In this document: piece by piece, positions 46,856 through 57,164 of the stretch
Position numbering within the stretch: the first letter of the stretch is position 1
Layout: every line of letters starts with the position of its first letter
From: a bacterium
GTDB lineage: Bacteria; Zhuqueibacterota; Zhuqueibacteria; Residuimicrobiales; Krinioviventaceae
DNA: 64,000 bases
Direction of reading: 5' to 3'
NCBI GenBank assembly: GCA_963693055.1
Contig: OY843751.1
Coordinates: forward strand, 5,600,001 to 5,664,000
Program-made: the position numbers and the translations under genes
Notes under the pieces: model-generated
What the model saw: the letters and a program-made list of their open reading frames with translations, nothing else
The model's database searches: none
Told to the model about the DNA's origin: nothing

Positions 46856-47877
46856 TGGCCGTTCAAAGAACAGACCCTCAACGTATATTAATCATCAGAA
46901 CTGACAGAATGGGCGACGTAGTGTTGTCAACGCCTGTACTTACAGCCATAAAAAACACCTGGCCACTCTCACATACCACCATGATGATTGCTCCATATAC
47001 CCATGACGTCATTTCCGGCCATCCGGATCTTGATGAAATCCTTATTGATGATGCCAAAGGAGAACACCAGGGTGTTAAAGGTCTATTCAAACTTGTTAGA
47101 TTAATTAGATCCAAAAGATTCGATACTGTTCTGGTTCTGCATCCCTCAACACGTTTGGCCATTCTCTGCTGGCTGGCAGGCATACCCAATCGGATTGGTA
47201 CAGGCTATAGATCATATTCGTTGCTGTTTAACACCAGAATTATGCAGCACAGAAAAAAAAGCGGCAGACACGAACTTGAATTAAATCTTGATCTGGCAAA
47301 AGCCATAGGAGCCAATGTTGAAAACATTGATTTTAAATTCCATATCCCTGAAAAAGCTGAACAACGCGTACAAATGCTGCTTGAACAGAACAAGATTAAA
47401 GACAAACCCTATATTGTAATCCATCCGGGCAGCGGAGGTTCCGCTCTTGACTGGCCAATAGAAAACTTTGCAGAACTTGCGAACCGATTGATTAACACAC
47501 ACAACATGCCTGTTGTGGTAACTGGTTCTGCATCTGAATCTCCACTGGCAGAGGCCATTGCTCAAAAAGCTATAGGGGTTATCCGCTTTGATGGTCAGCT
47601 GAATATAAAAGAACTTGCTTCTGTTTTAAAACATGCCGCCACAGTTACGGCAAACAGCACTGGCCCCTTGCATCTGGCAGTTGCAACCGGTAGTAATGTG
47701 GTTGGATTATATTGCACGCTTCAGGCATGTCATCCCAATCGATGGGGGCCCTATAATCAATTAGATACAGTAATAACTCCGCCGGAAGATGCGGATTATG
47801 GAGAGGGGAAAAATCCCATGCAATTAATACCTGTAGAACAGGTTTTAGATATGATCATAAAAAAAGCCCGGTTGTAA
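46855..47877 (+). CDS. Glycosyltransferase family 9 (heptosyltransferase-like)
   Basis: RTDRMGDVVLSTP, HPGSGGSA..WP, NSTGPLHLA. Confidence 0.9.
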   Translation: MAVQRTDPQRILIIRTDRMGDVVLSTPVLTAIKNTWPLSHTTMMIAPYTHDVISGHPDLDEILIDDAKGEHQGVKGLFKLVRLIRSKRFDTVLVLHPSTRLAILCWLAGIPNRIGTGYRSYSLLFNTRIMQHRKKSGRHELELNLDLAKAIGANVENIDFKFHIPEKAEQRVQMLLEQNKIKDKPYIVIHPGSGGSALDWPIENFAELANRLINTHNMPVVVTGSASESPLAEAIAQKAIGVIRFDGQLNIKELASVLKHAATVTANSTGPLHLAVATGSNVVGLYCTLQACHPNRWGPYNQLDTVITPPEDADYGEGKNPMQLIPVEQVLDMIIKKARL

Positions 47878-47892
47878 TAACCGGGCTTTTTT
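47859..47892. terminator. Bidirectional intrinsic terminator
   Basis: A7-GCCCGGTT-GTAAT-AACCGGGC-T6. Confidence 0.88.
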
Positions 47893-47896
47893 ATAA

Positions 47897-49228
47897 TTAA
47901 ACATTATCTGGTACAATAAAAGGTGCCCTATATTCACGGGTCAACATTGCGTTGGCCTCATCATCGTTTACATACATTTCTTTTTTAGGATCAAACTCGA
48001 GAGTTCTTTCCAAACGATAAGCTGTCATAGCCATGTGGTTCAATGCCGCGCTCAGGTGTCCTTCTTCCACATCGCCATTCAGAATCGTATAGTCACGTGC
48101 GCGTACAGCATCAATAAAATTCTGGTAATGATCACCACCAGCATTCGCATTTGGGCCTGGTTCCCGTTTACGACCAAAGAATGTATGCCAGCTATTATAA
48201 CTGTCAACTACAAGATATCCTTCTGAGCCATAAAAGATAATACCAACCGTATTACTGGGGCCTTCACCAATTCCTCCTTCGTGGTTGGTCATCCAGTGAC
48301 GTACCTCAAATTGCAGCATTTTCTTTTTATCACCACCGCCATCAGGATTCGGATATTCAAAAAACGCATGTTGAACATTTGGTGTTTCCTGATCATCATC
48401 AAACATCATATGACCACCCATAGACTGGATTTTGACAGGATGTGTATCGAGACCCAATCCCCAGCGAGCAACATCAAGTTGATGAACACCCTGGTTACCA
48501 ATATCACCATTACCATAATCCCAGTGCCAGTGCCAATTGTAATGAAAACGGTTTCTAGAGAACGGACGATTTGGAGCGGGTCCAAGCCATGTGTCATAAT
48601 GAACGCCTTCAGGTACAGGTTCATTCGGTGTATGGCCTATCGTGTTTCTCCATTTATAGCAAAGACCTTTGGCCATATAAACTTCACCCAATTGCCCGCT
48701 TTTCATAAACTCTACTGCCGCCTGAATAGCTATGGAACTGCGGATTTGCATACCACACTGTACCATTCTATTGTACTTGCGAGCGGCTTCAACCATTTTC
48801 CGGCCTTCAAAAATATTATGGCTGGCTGGTTTTTCAACATATACATCTTTGCCTGCCTGGCAAGCCCAAATGGTTCCTAACGCATGCCAATGGTTTGGTG
48901 TTGCCATGGCAACAACATCCACATCTTTATCTTCTAAAAGTTTTCGGATGTCAGTATATGTTTTTGGTTTTTTCCATCCCTTTTCTTCAAACTCTTTTGT
49001 CCGATCTTTTAAAACTTTTTCATCAACATCACAAAGTGTAGTTACTTCAACACCAGGTAATGCTTGAAATCCACGTATATGGCTTCCACCTCGTCCATGT
49101 ACACCTACACAAGCTACACGTATCTTGTCATTTGCACCGGCCCAGGTTTTGGGACCGATCATAACTGCTGAAGCAGCTGCAACTGCTGCAGAATTTTTCA
49201 CAAAATCTCTGCGTGTTATGTTAACCAT
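47897..49228 (-). CDS. Tat-exported Gfo/Idh/MocA oxidoreductase
   Basis: TRRDFVK; ATPNHWH, YVEKP, WLGPAP, GNQGVHQLD. Confidence 0.92.
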   Translation of the reverse strand: MVNITRRDFVKNSAAVAAASAVMIGPKTWAGANDKIRVACVGVHGRGGSHIRGFQALPGVEVTTLCDVDEKVLKDRTKEFEEKGWKKPKTYTDIRKLLEDKDVDVVAMATPNHWHALGTIWACQAGKDVYVEKPASHNIFEGRKMVEAARKYNRMVQCGMQIRSSIAIQAAVEFMKSGQLGEVYMAKGLCYKWRNTIGHTPNEPVPEGVHYDTWLGPAPNRPFSRNRFHYNWHWHWDYGNGDIGNQGVHQLDVARWGLGLDTHPVKIQSMGGHMMFDDDQETPNVQHAFFEYPNPDGGGDKKKMLQFEVRHWMTNHEGGIGEGPSNTVGIIFYGSEGYLVVDSYNSWHTFFGRKREPGPNANAGGDHYQNFIDAVRARDYTILNGDVEEGHLSAALNHMAMTAYRLERTLEFDPKKEMYVNDDEANAMLTREYRAPFIVPDNV

Positions 49229-49389
49229 ACCCTTTCCTCCAAATGTATTTGGTTACTCCTTTATACTATATACATTTAAAGTTAAAATGTCCAGCAAAAA
49301 TATTAGCATGACAAAATTTTACATTTTAAAGCCTTGGTTTACGATATTTATTTTGCTATATTTGAAAAATTCAAAAAAATGAGAGTACT

Positions 49390-49803
49390 ATGACCCCGCA
49401 GCAAAATCTTGAAACATTAAAATCAAAAGGGCTTTCATTGTTGATCATCAAAGACGATGAAACTGTTTTTGAATCATATGATCCCATGTTGAAACCACTC
49501 TATACTGCACTCCAAACCAATCCGGAAGGAATGGAAGGTGCAATCCTTTTTGACAAAATTATTGGTAGAGCCGCGGCGAGTCTGTGCATACTTGGTAAAG
49601 TCAAAGAGATATATACTCCACTGGCAAGTGAAACAGCATTGTCACTTTTAGAGGAATATAATATTCCTATCACGGCAGAAAAAACCATTCCGGTTATCAT
49701 GAACCGCGATAATACAGATAAATGTCCTATGGAAAAAATGGCTCTGGCCAGCAAAACCCCGGAAGAATTTTTAGCGACCTTTCAGGCAAAAATCAAGGGA
49801 TAA
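49390..49803 (+). CDS. DUF1893 (TM1506-like) protein
   Basis: DKIIGRAAA, I.NR....CPME. Confidence 0.85.
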   Translation: MTPQQNLETLKSKGLSLLIIKDDETVFESYDPMLKPLYTALQTNPEGMEGAILFDKIIGRAAASLCILGKVKEIYTPLASETALSLLEEYNIPITAEKTIPVIMNRDNTDKCPMEKMALASKTPEEFLATFQAKIKG

Positions 49804-49808
49804 TCAAT

Positions 49809-50717
49809 CTATTCAATAAACATTACTTCGCGTTCAAGCACCAGATTGTATTTTTCTTTTACGCGCTCTCGCAATATTTCTTCAAGCTGTAAGATATCTT
49901 TGGCTGTAGCATTTCCCCGGTTGTAAAATATATTCGCATGTTTGGGATGGATTCCTGCATCCCCCACTGTTGTTTCTTTGCTGCCAACAGAATCCAAATA
50001 CTTGGCCGCCGCAATGTTCATCCCATCAGGATTAGGTATATTTTTGAAAAAAGACCCGGCGGTTGCGATACTCCAATGCGGAAGCTTTTTGCTACGAATG
50101 GCGTGAATTTCTCTCACCCGTTTCAGGATGGCCTCGTACTCCCCTTTTTGTAATTCCAGACAAACGTCCAGCAAAATTGCCTTATTTTCTTTTAATGCGG
50201 AATGGCGATAGTTAAAGTTGAAAAAAGAGGCATCGACCTTTGCAACAGAACCATCAGGCATCAAAACAGTCGCAGACTTTACACATTCTCCAATATTCCG
50301 GCCATAAGCACCGGCATTGCCATAGATTGCCCCGCCAACGGTGCCGGGTATTCCGGAAGAGAATTCGAATCCTGTTAAAGAATTACAAATACAATATCTG
50401 TTTACTGCTGAAAGAGGTGTGCCGGCCTGCACATTGAGTGATGTGTCATTGATTTTTTCTATACCATCAAACGCAATGATAACTACTAATCCATCAAATC
50501 CTTTGTCAGAAAAGAAAACATTACTTCCCTGACCTAACGGCTGAATACGTATCCCGGCCTGTTTACAACACTGGTACAATTCAACAAAAGAATCAATAGA
50601 TGTAATTGTAACAAGATATTCTGCCGCACCCCCAATTCGAATATTAGTATAGGGCTTTAAATCAGCATTTTGTTTAATACCAAACTTTTCTATAATACTT
50701 TGAGGTACTTTATCCAC
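49809..50717 (-). CDS. murB: UDP-N-acetylmuramate dehydrogenase
   Basis: IGG.A, LGQGSN, GIPGTVGGA.YGNAGAYG, YRHS, AGSFFKN, HAN, LEREV. Confidence 0.95.
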   Translation of the reverse strand: MDKVPQSIIEKFGIKQNADLKPYTNIRIGGAAEYLVTITSIDSFVELYQCCKQAGIRIQPLGQGSNVFFSDKGFDGLVVIIAFDGIEKINDTSLNVQAGTPLSAVNRYCICNSLTGFEFSSGIPGTVGGAIYGNAGAYGRNIGECVKSATVLMPDGSVAKVDASFFNFNYRHSALKENKAILLDVCLELQKGEYEAILKRVREIHAIRSKKLPHWSIATAGSFFKNIPNPDGMNIAAAKYLDSVGSKETTVGDAGIHPKHANIFYNRGNATAKDILQLEEILRERVKEKYNLVLEREVMFIE

Positions 50718-52007
50718 TTAATCACTTACCCGTTCTATGTTGGCGCCAAGTTTTCTCAACTTTCCTTCCAGATCTTCATATCCCCTGTCGATCTGTTTGA
50801 TATTATAAATCTCGCTTTTTCCTTTTGCACAAAGGGCGGCAATAATCAATGACATTCCCGCACGTATATCAGGACTTGTCAACTGGGTACCATAAAGCCT
50901 GGCAGGGCCCACAATCACCGCGCGATGCGGATCACAAAGCACAATCTTTGCGCCCATAGATATCAGATAATCCACAAAAAACATACGGCCATCATACATT
51001 TTTTCAAAAACCAGAACCGTGCCTTTTGCCTGTGTAGCTGCAACAATCACAATACTCATCAAATCTGAAGGAAACGCGGGCCAGGTTCCATCAGCAATCT
51101 TGGGTATATCTCCTGCAAAGTCTTCAGTAATTTCCAAATTTTGTTCACCTGGCACATGCAGCTTATCGCCATCAATTGTATAACAAATACCCAATTTGCA
51201 AAACGTAGAATGGATGACCATTAAGTCTTCAGGATTTATCGGCTCAATGGTGATATCGGAATGCGTTATAGCAGCAAGTACAATATATCCGCCAATTTCC
51301 AAATAATCAGGACCAATCTCATGCTCACATCCATGCAAAGAATCCACACCATCAATGGTAAGGATGTTAGTGCCAATTCCGGATATCTGAGCACCCATTT
51401 TGTTCAGCATTTTGGCCAGACCGGAAACATGCGGTTCGCAAGCAGCATTACGGATTATGGTCTGTCCCTTTGCCAGTACAGCAGCCATTATCGCGTTTTC
51501 CGTAGCGGTTACAGATTGCTCATCCAAAAAGATATCTGCACCTTCAAGTCCCTTTTGTTCAAATACATACTTTTTATCAACCACATCTACCTTTGAACCC
51601 AGGCTCTTTAACGCTAGAAAATGTGTATCCAACCTGCGTCTTCCAATAACATCACCACCGGGTGGCGGCAATACAACGCGATCAAACCGGGTAACCAGAG
51701 GTCCGGCAAGCAAGATAGCCGCGCGCAAAGTTGAACATCTTTGGGGGTCCAGTTCAGCGTGTTCTATCTTTTCACACCGAATCTGTATTGTGTTTTTCTC
51801 CAGTTCTATAATTTCAGCACCCTGACTGCGTAAAATATCTAGCATACTTTCAACATCCCCAATACGAGGCACATTTTTCAACACAATTGGCTCGGAGGTG
51901 AGTAAACAGGCAGCCAAAACGGGTAAAGCTTCGTTCTTATTTCCAGAGACTCTAACGGTTCCACTTAATTTTTGGTCTTTGACACCATGAATAACAAATT
52001 TTTCCAT
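50718..52007 (-). CDS. murA: UDP-N-acetylglucosamine 1-carboxyvinyltransferase (Asp-type active site)
   Basis: SGNKN, PGGDVIGRR, SVTATEN, EPH, PAFPSD, DIRAG, IDRGYE. Confidence 0.96.
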   Translation of the reverse strand: MEKFVIHGVKDQKLSGTVRVSGNKNEALPVLAACLLTSEPIVLKNVPRIGDVESMLDILRSQGAEIIELEKNTIQIRCEKIEHAELDPQRCSTLRAAILLAGPLVTRFDRVVLPPPGGDVIGRRRLDTHFLALKSLGSKVDVVDKKYVFEQKGLEGADIFLDEQSVTATENAIMAAVLAKGQTIIRNAACEPHVSGLAKMLNKMGAQISGIGTNILTIDGVDSLHGCEHEIGPDYLEIGGYIVLAAITHSDITIEPINPEDLMVIHSTFCKLGICYTIDGDKLHVPGEQNLEITEDFAGDIPKIADGTWPAFPSDLMSIVIVAATQAKGTVLVFEKMYDGRMFFVDYLISMGAKIVLCDPHRAVIVGPARLYGTQLTSPDIRAGMSLIIAALCAKGKSEIYNIKQIDRGYEDLEGKLRKLGANIERVSD

Positions 52008-53197
52008 TATTTAATCTCTTTATTATCAATGATAAAATACTGGTGCACACGTGCACACAATTCTTCACTATCTGTATTGTTTAGCAGTGCTCGCAAATAA
52101 AGTTCGCCACCTGATACAATTCCCATTTGGATATGGTCTTTTAACATTGCGGTAAATTTCTCAGCAGAATCAGTTCCTAATCCTACATTGGTACCAATGA
52201 TAGACAGCAGTGCCATATCCGGAAAAACATTAACAGTTTGCGCTGTTGTTTCGAGTAACCGCATTGCGGATGTCAAATCTCCCTGAGAAACGGCCAACAC
52301 ACCTAATCCCTGTACACACTGCCAAACCTTGAGTTGGATCCGTTCTTTGGAAAACAAATGCGGTAATGTACGGGCAGCATCCTCTGTAATAGAAAAACGT
52401 ATGACAGTAACATCACGATCCAGCACAACCCCGTTCACAGTGCCTTTACTCAAGCCTTCATTCGTTACAATAGTGCCAATATTTCCATTAGCTGAAGAGC
52501 CCAGAGACAACTCTACATTGTGCCGCTTGGCAAACTCGATGGAGGTTTTATGCAGCATCTTTGCACCGGCTGCTGCCATTTCAAGCGCCTGGTCATAATC
52601 TATTCTATCAATCCGTTTTGCAAGCGGAATTTTATTGGGGTCAGCACTATAAATACCATCAACATCAGACATGATCTCACAGGCATCTGCGTCAATTGCA
52701 GCAGCAACAGCAACAGCGGTAGTATCTGAACCACCTCGCCCCAATGTTGTGATCTCTTTATTTATGGATACTCCCTGAAATCCGGCAATAACAACAATCT
52801 TGTCTTCAGCAAGAGCTTCACGTAGACGATGCCCCTTAACTTCCAACACCCGTGCATTGGTATGGTTGTTATCCGTTATCAATCCAATCTGACTGCCAGT
52901 ATAACTGACAGCTTTATATTTTCCCAAGGCATTAATGGCAAGTGCCAGTACCGATATGGAAATGCGCTCACCAACAGATAACAACATATCCATCTCACGT
53001 TTATCCGGATTCGGATTAACCTGGTGCGCCAGTTTTACAAACTGGTCTGTTGTTTTTCCCATTGCTGATACGACAACAATCAAGTCTACGCCTTGAGATT
53101 TTCGTTCTACAATATTTTTAGCAACATGCAGTATATGCTCAGGGCTTGCCAGTGAACTGCCGCCATATTTCTGAACAATTACAGGTTTGGTTGTCAT
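52007..53197 (-). CDS. lysC: Aspartate kinase
   Basis: QKYGGSS, VVVSAMG, GFQG, TTLGRGGSD, DVDGIYSADP. Confidence 0.93.
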   Translation of the reverse strand: MTTKPVIVQKYGGSSLASPEHILHVAKNIVERKSQGVDLIVVVSAMGKTTDQFVKLAHQVNPNPDKREMDMLLSVGERISISVLALAINALGKYKAVSYTGSQIGLITDNNHTNARVLEVKGHRLREALAEDKIVVIAGFQGVSINKEITTLGRGGSDTTAVAVAAAIDADACEIMSDVDGIYSADPNKIPLAKRIDRIDYDQALEMAAAGAKMLHKTSIEFAKRHNVELSLGSSANGNIGTIVTNEGLSKGTVNGVVLDRDVTVIRFSITEDAARTLPHLFSKERIQLKVWQCVQGLGVLAVSQGDLTSAMRLLETTAQTVNVFPDMALLSIIGTNVGLGTDSAEKFTAMLKDHIQMGIVSGGELYLRALLNNTDSEELCARVHQYFIIDNKEIK

Positions 53198-53257
53198 TTT
53201 TTCCTCAGATATTCCATTTCAACCTTGTACACAAATTTACAAAAATTTTTCTCAAAT

Positions 53258-54724
53258 TCAAATATTCTCATTATTAAATGTTGCCACACAATCTCGATCA
53301 TCAAAGGGTACAATCTCTCCCCCAATATCTTGTCTGGTTTCATGTCCTTTACCCGCTATCAAAACAATATTCGAATCATTGGCAATTGACAGCGCGTAAT
53401 GTATTGCTTTACGCCTGTCAGGGATGATATGTTTCAGGCTGCTTTTGGGCATGCCTGATTCGATTTCATTTATAATCTTTATGGGGTCTTCATTCCTCGG
53501 ATTATCGGACGTTAATACAACCTGATCTGACATTTCAGATGCTATTCTCCCCATTACCGGACGTTTTTCCCTGTCACGGTCCCCTCCACAGCCAAATACA
53601 GTTATTATCTTTTTACCAAATATTAATCTTGCGGTATTTAATGTTTTTTGCAATGCATCCGGCGTATGTGCAAAATCAACAATCACCGGAAACGGCATAT
53701 CACTTTGTACATGCTCAAATCGCCCTGAAACTGACTTTAAATTATAGATCCCGTTTGCGATGTTGTCAACTTGCATATCATGCACAATACCAAAGGCAAC
53801 GGCAGCCAGTATATTTTCTGCATTGTGTTTTCCATACAATGCAGATTCAATTTCCAAGTGTCCCTTGGGTGAATTAATTTTAATGCGTAAACCCTTGCTG
53901 TCAACTTTGAGCTGCTCAGCAAAAATGTCAGCTTTGTAATCTTTTAACGAACAGGTTAAGATCTGACGCGTCAACGCTTCTTTCATTATAACACGGGAAA
54001 ACGGATCATCCCAATTAAGTATCGCCCACGAGTTTTTCCCTAATCCCCTGAACAATGATAATTTTGAATCCGCATAGTCATTAAATGTAGGATGATAATC
54101 TAAATGATCATGAGAGAGGTTTGTAAAAACAGCCGTATCAAAATCAATTCCATATACACGCTCTTGTTTAAGAGCATGGCTCGAAACTTCCATCACACAA
54201 TGTTTAACATGATGATTCCTGAATGTTTTAAACAGATGATGGAGCTGCAAAGGCGCAGGAGTAGTAAGCCCCGCCCCTATGGATTGGTCCCCTGCCAAAT
54301 AGGCAATTGTTCCCAAAAGACCAGATTTGATATTGCATTGTTTCAATAAAGCGTGCAGCAGGTAACTGGTTGTTGTCTTACCATTGGTTCCGGTAATCGC
54401 GGTCAATTTCATGGATTGTGAAGGACTGTCATAATAGTTGGATGCGAGTAAAGCATTTGCTCTGCGGGTATTTTCAACCAGAATATAGGTTACATTGGGG
54501 ATGTGATGCGTAACAGGCTGTTGATGTAACACACATACAGCACCTTTACTTATTGCCAAATTTAAAAAATCATGCCCATCATACCTGCTGCCCGAAACAG
54601 CGACATACAAATCACCGGATTTGATGTTTTGCGCCTGTACATGTATTCCAACAATATCAATATCAATTGAGCCAATAGTATTCTGTAAATTAATTCCCTT
54701 CAGTAATGATCTTAATAGCGGCAT
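53258..54724 (-). CDS. murE: UDP-MurNAc-tripeptide synthetase (meso-DAP-type)
   Basis: TGTNGKTT, MEVSSH, TNLSHDHLDYH, DFAHTPD, GCGGDRD..KR, DNPR, GKGHE. Confidence 0.95.
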   Translation of the reverse strand: MPLLRSLLKGINLQNTIGSIDIDIVGIHVQAQNIKSGDLYVAVSGSRYDGHDFLNLAISKGAVCVLHQQPVTHHIPNVTYILVENTRRANALLASNYYDSPSQSMKLTAITGTNGKTTTSYLLHALLKQCNIKSGLLGTIAYLAGDQSIGAGLTTPAPLQLHHLFKTFRNHHVKHCVMEVSSHALKQERVYGIDFDTAVFTNLSHDHLDYHPTFNDYADSKLSLFRGLGKNSWAILNWDDPFSRVIMKEALTRQILTCSLKDYKADIFAEQLKVDSKGLRIKINSPKGHLEIESALYGKHNAENILAAVAFGIVHDMQVDNIANGIYNLKSVSGRFEHVQSDMPFPVIVDFAHTPDALQKTLNTARLIFGKKIITVFGCGGDRDREKRPVMGRIASEMSDQVVLTSDNPRNEDPIKIINEIESGMPKSSLKHIIPDRRKAIHYALSIANDSNIVLIAGKGHETRQDIGGEIVPFDDRDCVATFNNENI

Positions 54725-54732
54725 GGTATTCT

Positions 54733-54760
54733 AAAAAAAAGCGCCCCATATTAGGGCGCT
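54733..54760 (-). terminator. Intrinsic terminator immediately upstream of murE
   Basis: Minus strand AGCGCCC-N7-GGGCGCT followed by a T run ending 8 nt before the murE ATG. Confidence 0.7.
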
Positions 54761-54764
54761 AAAT

Positions 54765-55973
54765 TTATTCCTGAGTTGAATTGTTTTCCTGAGATTCCGG
54801 TTCTTCTTTTCCTTCAAGAATTCTTCGCAATCTCTCCAGTTCTTTTTCCGCTTTTTCCCGTTCCTGCTGAATTCTTATCAGTTCCTGTTCAGCAGTTTCT
54901 GTTTCTTTGCGTTCATTAATGATTTGTTCAAAAATTTCTCTACGTTGTTCAGCTTTTTGCATAAGAACATCACGCTCTTTGACTTTATAAATAGAGGTGG
55001 GCAATAGCGTAATTTTTGCTCCAATACTCATACGCCAGGAGCTGTAATTGGGTAAATCATGCTCCGATTTTCTTGGACCAATGGTTTCATCATTATCTGA
55101 TGACAGTGACAAATCACCGCTTACAATAAAATCGAACCATTTATAAGGTTTATAAGTAATGCTTGCATTCAAATAGGTATAGCTTTCACGACTGGCAGCA
55201 GCTTTGGGTGGAGCCTGTATCCAGCTGTTACCATAAATCTCCAGGCCATAATCAAATCCTTCTGTAGGGAATTGACAACCCAGAGAATATCTAAATTCCT
55301 GACTGGGATCAGCAACATTTACATAAGTATTGGTTTCATCTCCCCAATCAGGTCTTGTTTTCCAGCTATTCAACTCATTTTCTAATAGCAAAGTTTCGCC
55401 AACATCATTATGGTTCCAATAGCCCAAATTTAAATGCGCATTAAAACCTTCTTTTGGGAAAAGCACGTCAGTGGTATAGCTCACCAAACCATTAAAGCCC
55501 CACTCTACAGTACCCGCGGTATAATCTTCATAAATAGCGTTATGGCGTTCACCAATTGGCAAACGGGTTGCAAGCTCTACTCCAAATTTAAAAGGGCTGT
55601 CTTCTTTGCCATAACCTGCAATCTTTAAAGCCATAAACGCATCCCAGGGCATTTGATCATTGTCTTCTCCCTGGTTCATATCCTGATACATAATAGGTGT
55701 AATATTGAAACTAAAATGATCACTAATGCCATAATTTACACTCGCCAATCCCTGAATCACCCACAAGGTAAAAGCGTTGCTATCATCTGTTTCATTTTTA
55801 GATACTTTACCCCAAAACCGTGTTTGCGGTAAAACGGTCAAATATCCCTTTTCAGCTACCCAGGCAGCTCGAGTATGGGGTAATCCTACACCTCCATTCA
55901 CAACAACCGCACTGGCAATTTGCGCGCTGCTAAACCAAACCAGGCATACTACCAATATCTTTTTAAAATTCAT
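54765..55973 (-). CDS. Putative outer-membrane beta-barrel protein with C-terminal coiled coil
   Basis: Signal peptide MNFKKILVV...ASA (ATG 55973); alternating aromatic beta-strands; C-terminal E/R/K-rich heptads. Confidence 0.65.
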   Translation of the reverse strand: MNFKKILVVCLVWFSSAQIASAVVVNGGVGLPHTRAAWVAEKGYLTVLPQTRFWGKVSKNETDDSNAFTLWVIQGLASVNYGISDHFSFNITPIMYQDMNQGEDNDQMPWDAFMALKIAGYGKEDSPFKFGVELATRLPIGERHNAIYEDYTAGTVEWGFNGLVSYTTDVLFPKEGFNAHLNLGYWNHNDVGETLLLENELNSWKTRPDWGDETNTYVNVADPSQEFRYSLGCQFPTEGFDYGLEIYGNSWIQAPPKAAASRESYTYLNASITYKPYKWFDFIVSGDLSLSSDNDETIGPRKSEHDLPNYSSWRMSIGAKITLLPTSIYKVKERDVLMQKAEQRREIFEQIINERKETETAEQELIRIQQEREKAEKELERLRRILEGKEEPESQENNSTQE

Positions 55974-56089
55974 AAAGTTATCTCCACAATTCAAGTGTAT
56001 AAATCACAAGGTACAAAAAAAACAATAACAATCAAGTCAATTATCAACATAAAAATACAATACCGGAAAAGCTCTCTTTTGCGTAAAAT

Positions 56090-57160
56090 CTATCTACCTA
56101 ACAAAAATGCGCAACTGACACGATGTACATCATCAAGTTCATTCGAAACAAAAGCATAATCAACAATCAACTTCCAGAATTGTAAACCTGCTCCGGTTGT
56201 CATACCCACTTCATTTCGACCTAAACGTAATGCCAGCCCCTTAAACATAAATTCCATGCCATATAGTTCGTTCAATTCATATTTTTTTCTTCGTGTCCAA
56301 TATAAATTCACAACAGCATCCGAGAACCAAAGCTTTTGACCATAATACATTCCCAAACTATAGGTTCGTTTCACATGATCAGTTGTTTCATTCTCTGTAT
56401 CCCAGTTAATGGCCGTTTGTGAAACATCAAGTCCTGAAAGACCTATAGCAAAATCTCCCAGATATTTCTCATCAAATATTTTTGCCATATCGGCTTTGAT
56501 CATGGCGCCTATATCTATACCCAATCCTGCAGCACTGGCATCATACAACTTTTGTCGCAAAACTTTAAAATTCATACCAAAAGGAATTTCTATGGGTGCG
56601 TCTTCATACAACCATCCCAATGGCAAGTAGGCCTTTACATTCTTGGCAAATGACATATAAAACACATCTTCAACATCTTTGAAATAGCCAAGCGCTTCAC
56701 CTGTTGGCTGTAACGATTTATCGCTGTTACGGTCAGCATATGAACTACCTTTGGGACTAGGATAAATAGGGATTTCGTCAACAGCAAAACGGGTCCAGTT
56801 CAATGCCAGCGTTCCACCTCCAGGTAAGGGATACGCAAAGCCAGCATAGTGATAATTTGCCAGTGGTGATGAAAAGCTCTCAAAAGAAGGAGCATACATC
56901 AAGCTTATGGCAGCATTTTTTATTAATGCCAAAGAAGCCGGATTGTAATGAAACAAATCAGCAGATCCTGACATTGCGGTTGCTGCCCCGCCAATAGCAA
57001 GAGCTCTTGCACCTACGCCAAGCTCCATTGATGCACCGGCATATCGACCGCCCGAGCTATTATCTGTTTCATCCTGGGCATTCACATTCGCAAATACAAT
57101 CAGGACCAACAAACATAATAAATAACGAATTGATATTTTACAGATTTTTATCTTTTTCAT
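56090..57160 (-). CDS. PorV/PorQ-family outer-membrane protein
   Basis: GVGARALAIGGA..A.......YNPASLA; G.D.G; DYAF....L..VHRVS. Confidence 0.82.
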   Translation of the reverse strand: MKKIKICKISIRYLLCLLVLIVFANVNAQDETDNSSGGRYAGASMELGVGARALAIGGAATAMSGSADLFHYNPASLALIKNAAISLMYAPSFESFSSPLANYHYAGFAYPLPGGGTLALNWTRFAVDEIPIYPSPKGSSYADRNSDKSLQPTGEALGYFKDVEDVFYMSFAKNVKAYLPLGWLYEDAPIEIPFGMNFKVLRQKLYDASAAGLGIDIGAMIKADMAKIFDEKYLGDFAIGLSGLDVSQTAINWDTENETTDHVKRTYSLGMYYGQKLWFSDAVVNLYWTRRKKYELNELYGMEFMFKGLALRLGRNEVGMTTGAGLQFWKLIVDYAFVSNELDDVHRVSCAFLLGR

Positions 57161-57164
57161 AGAT

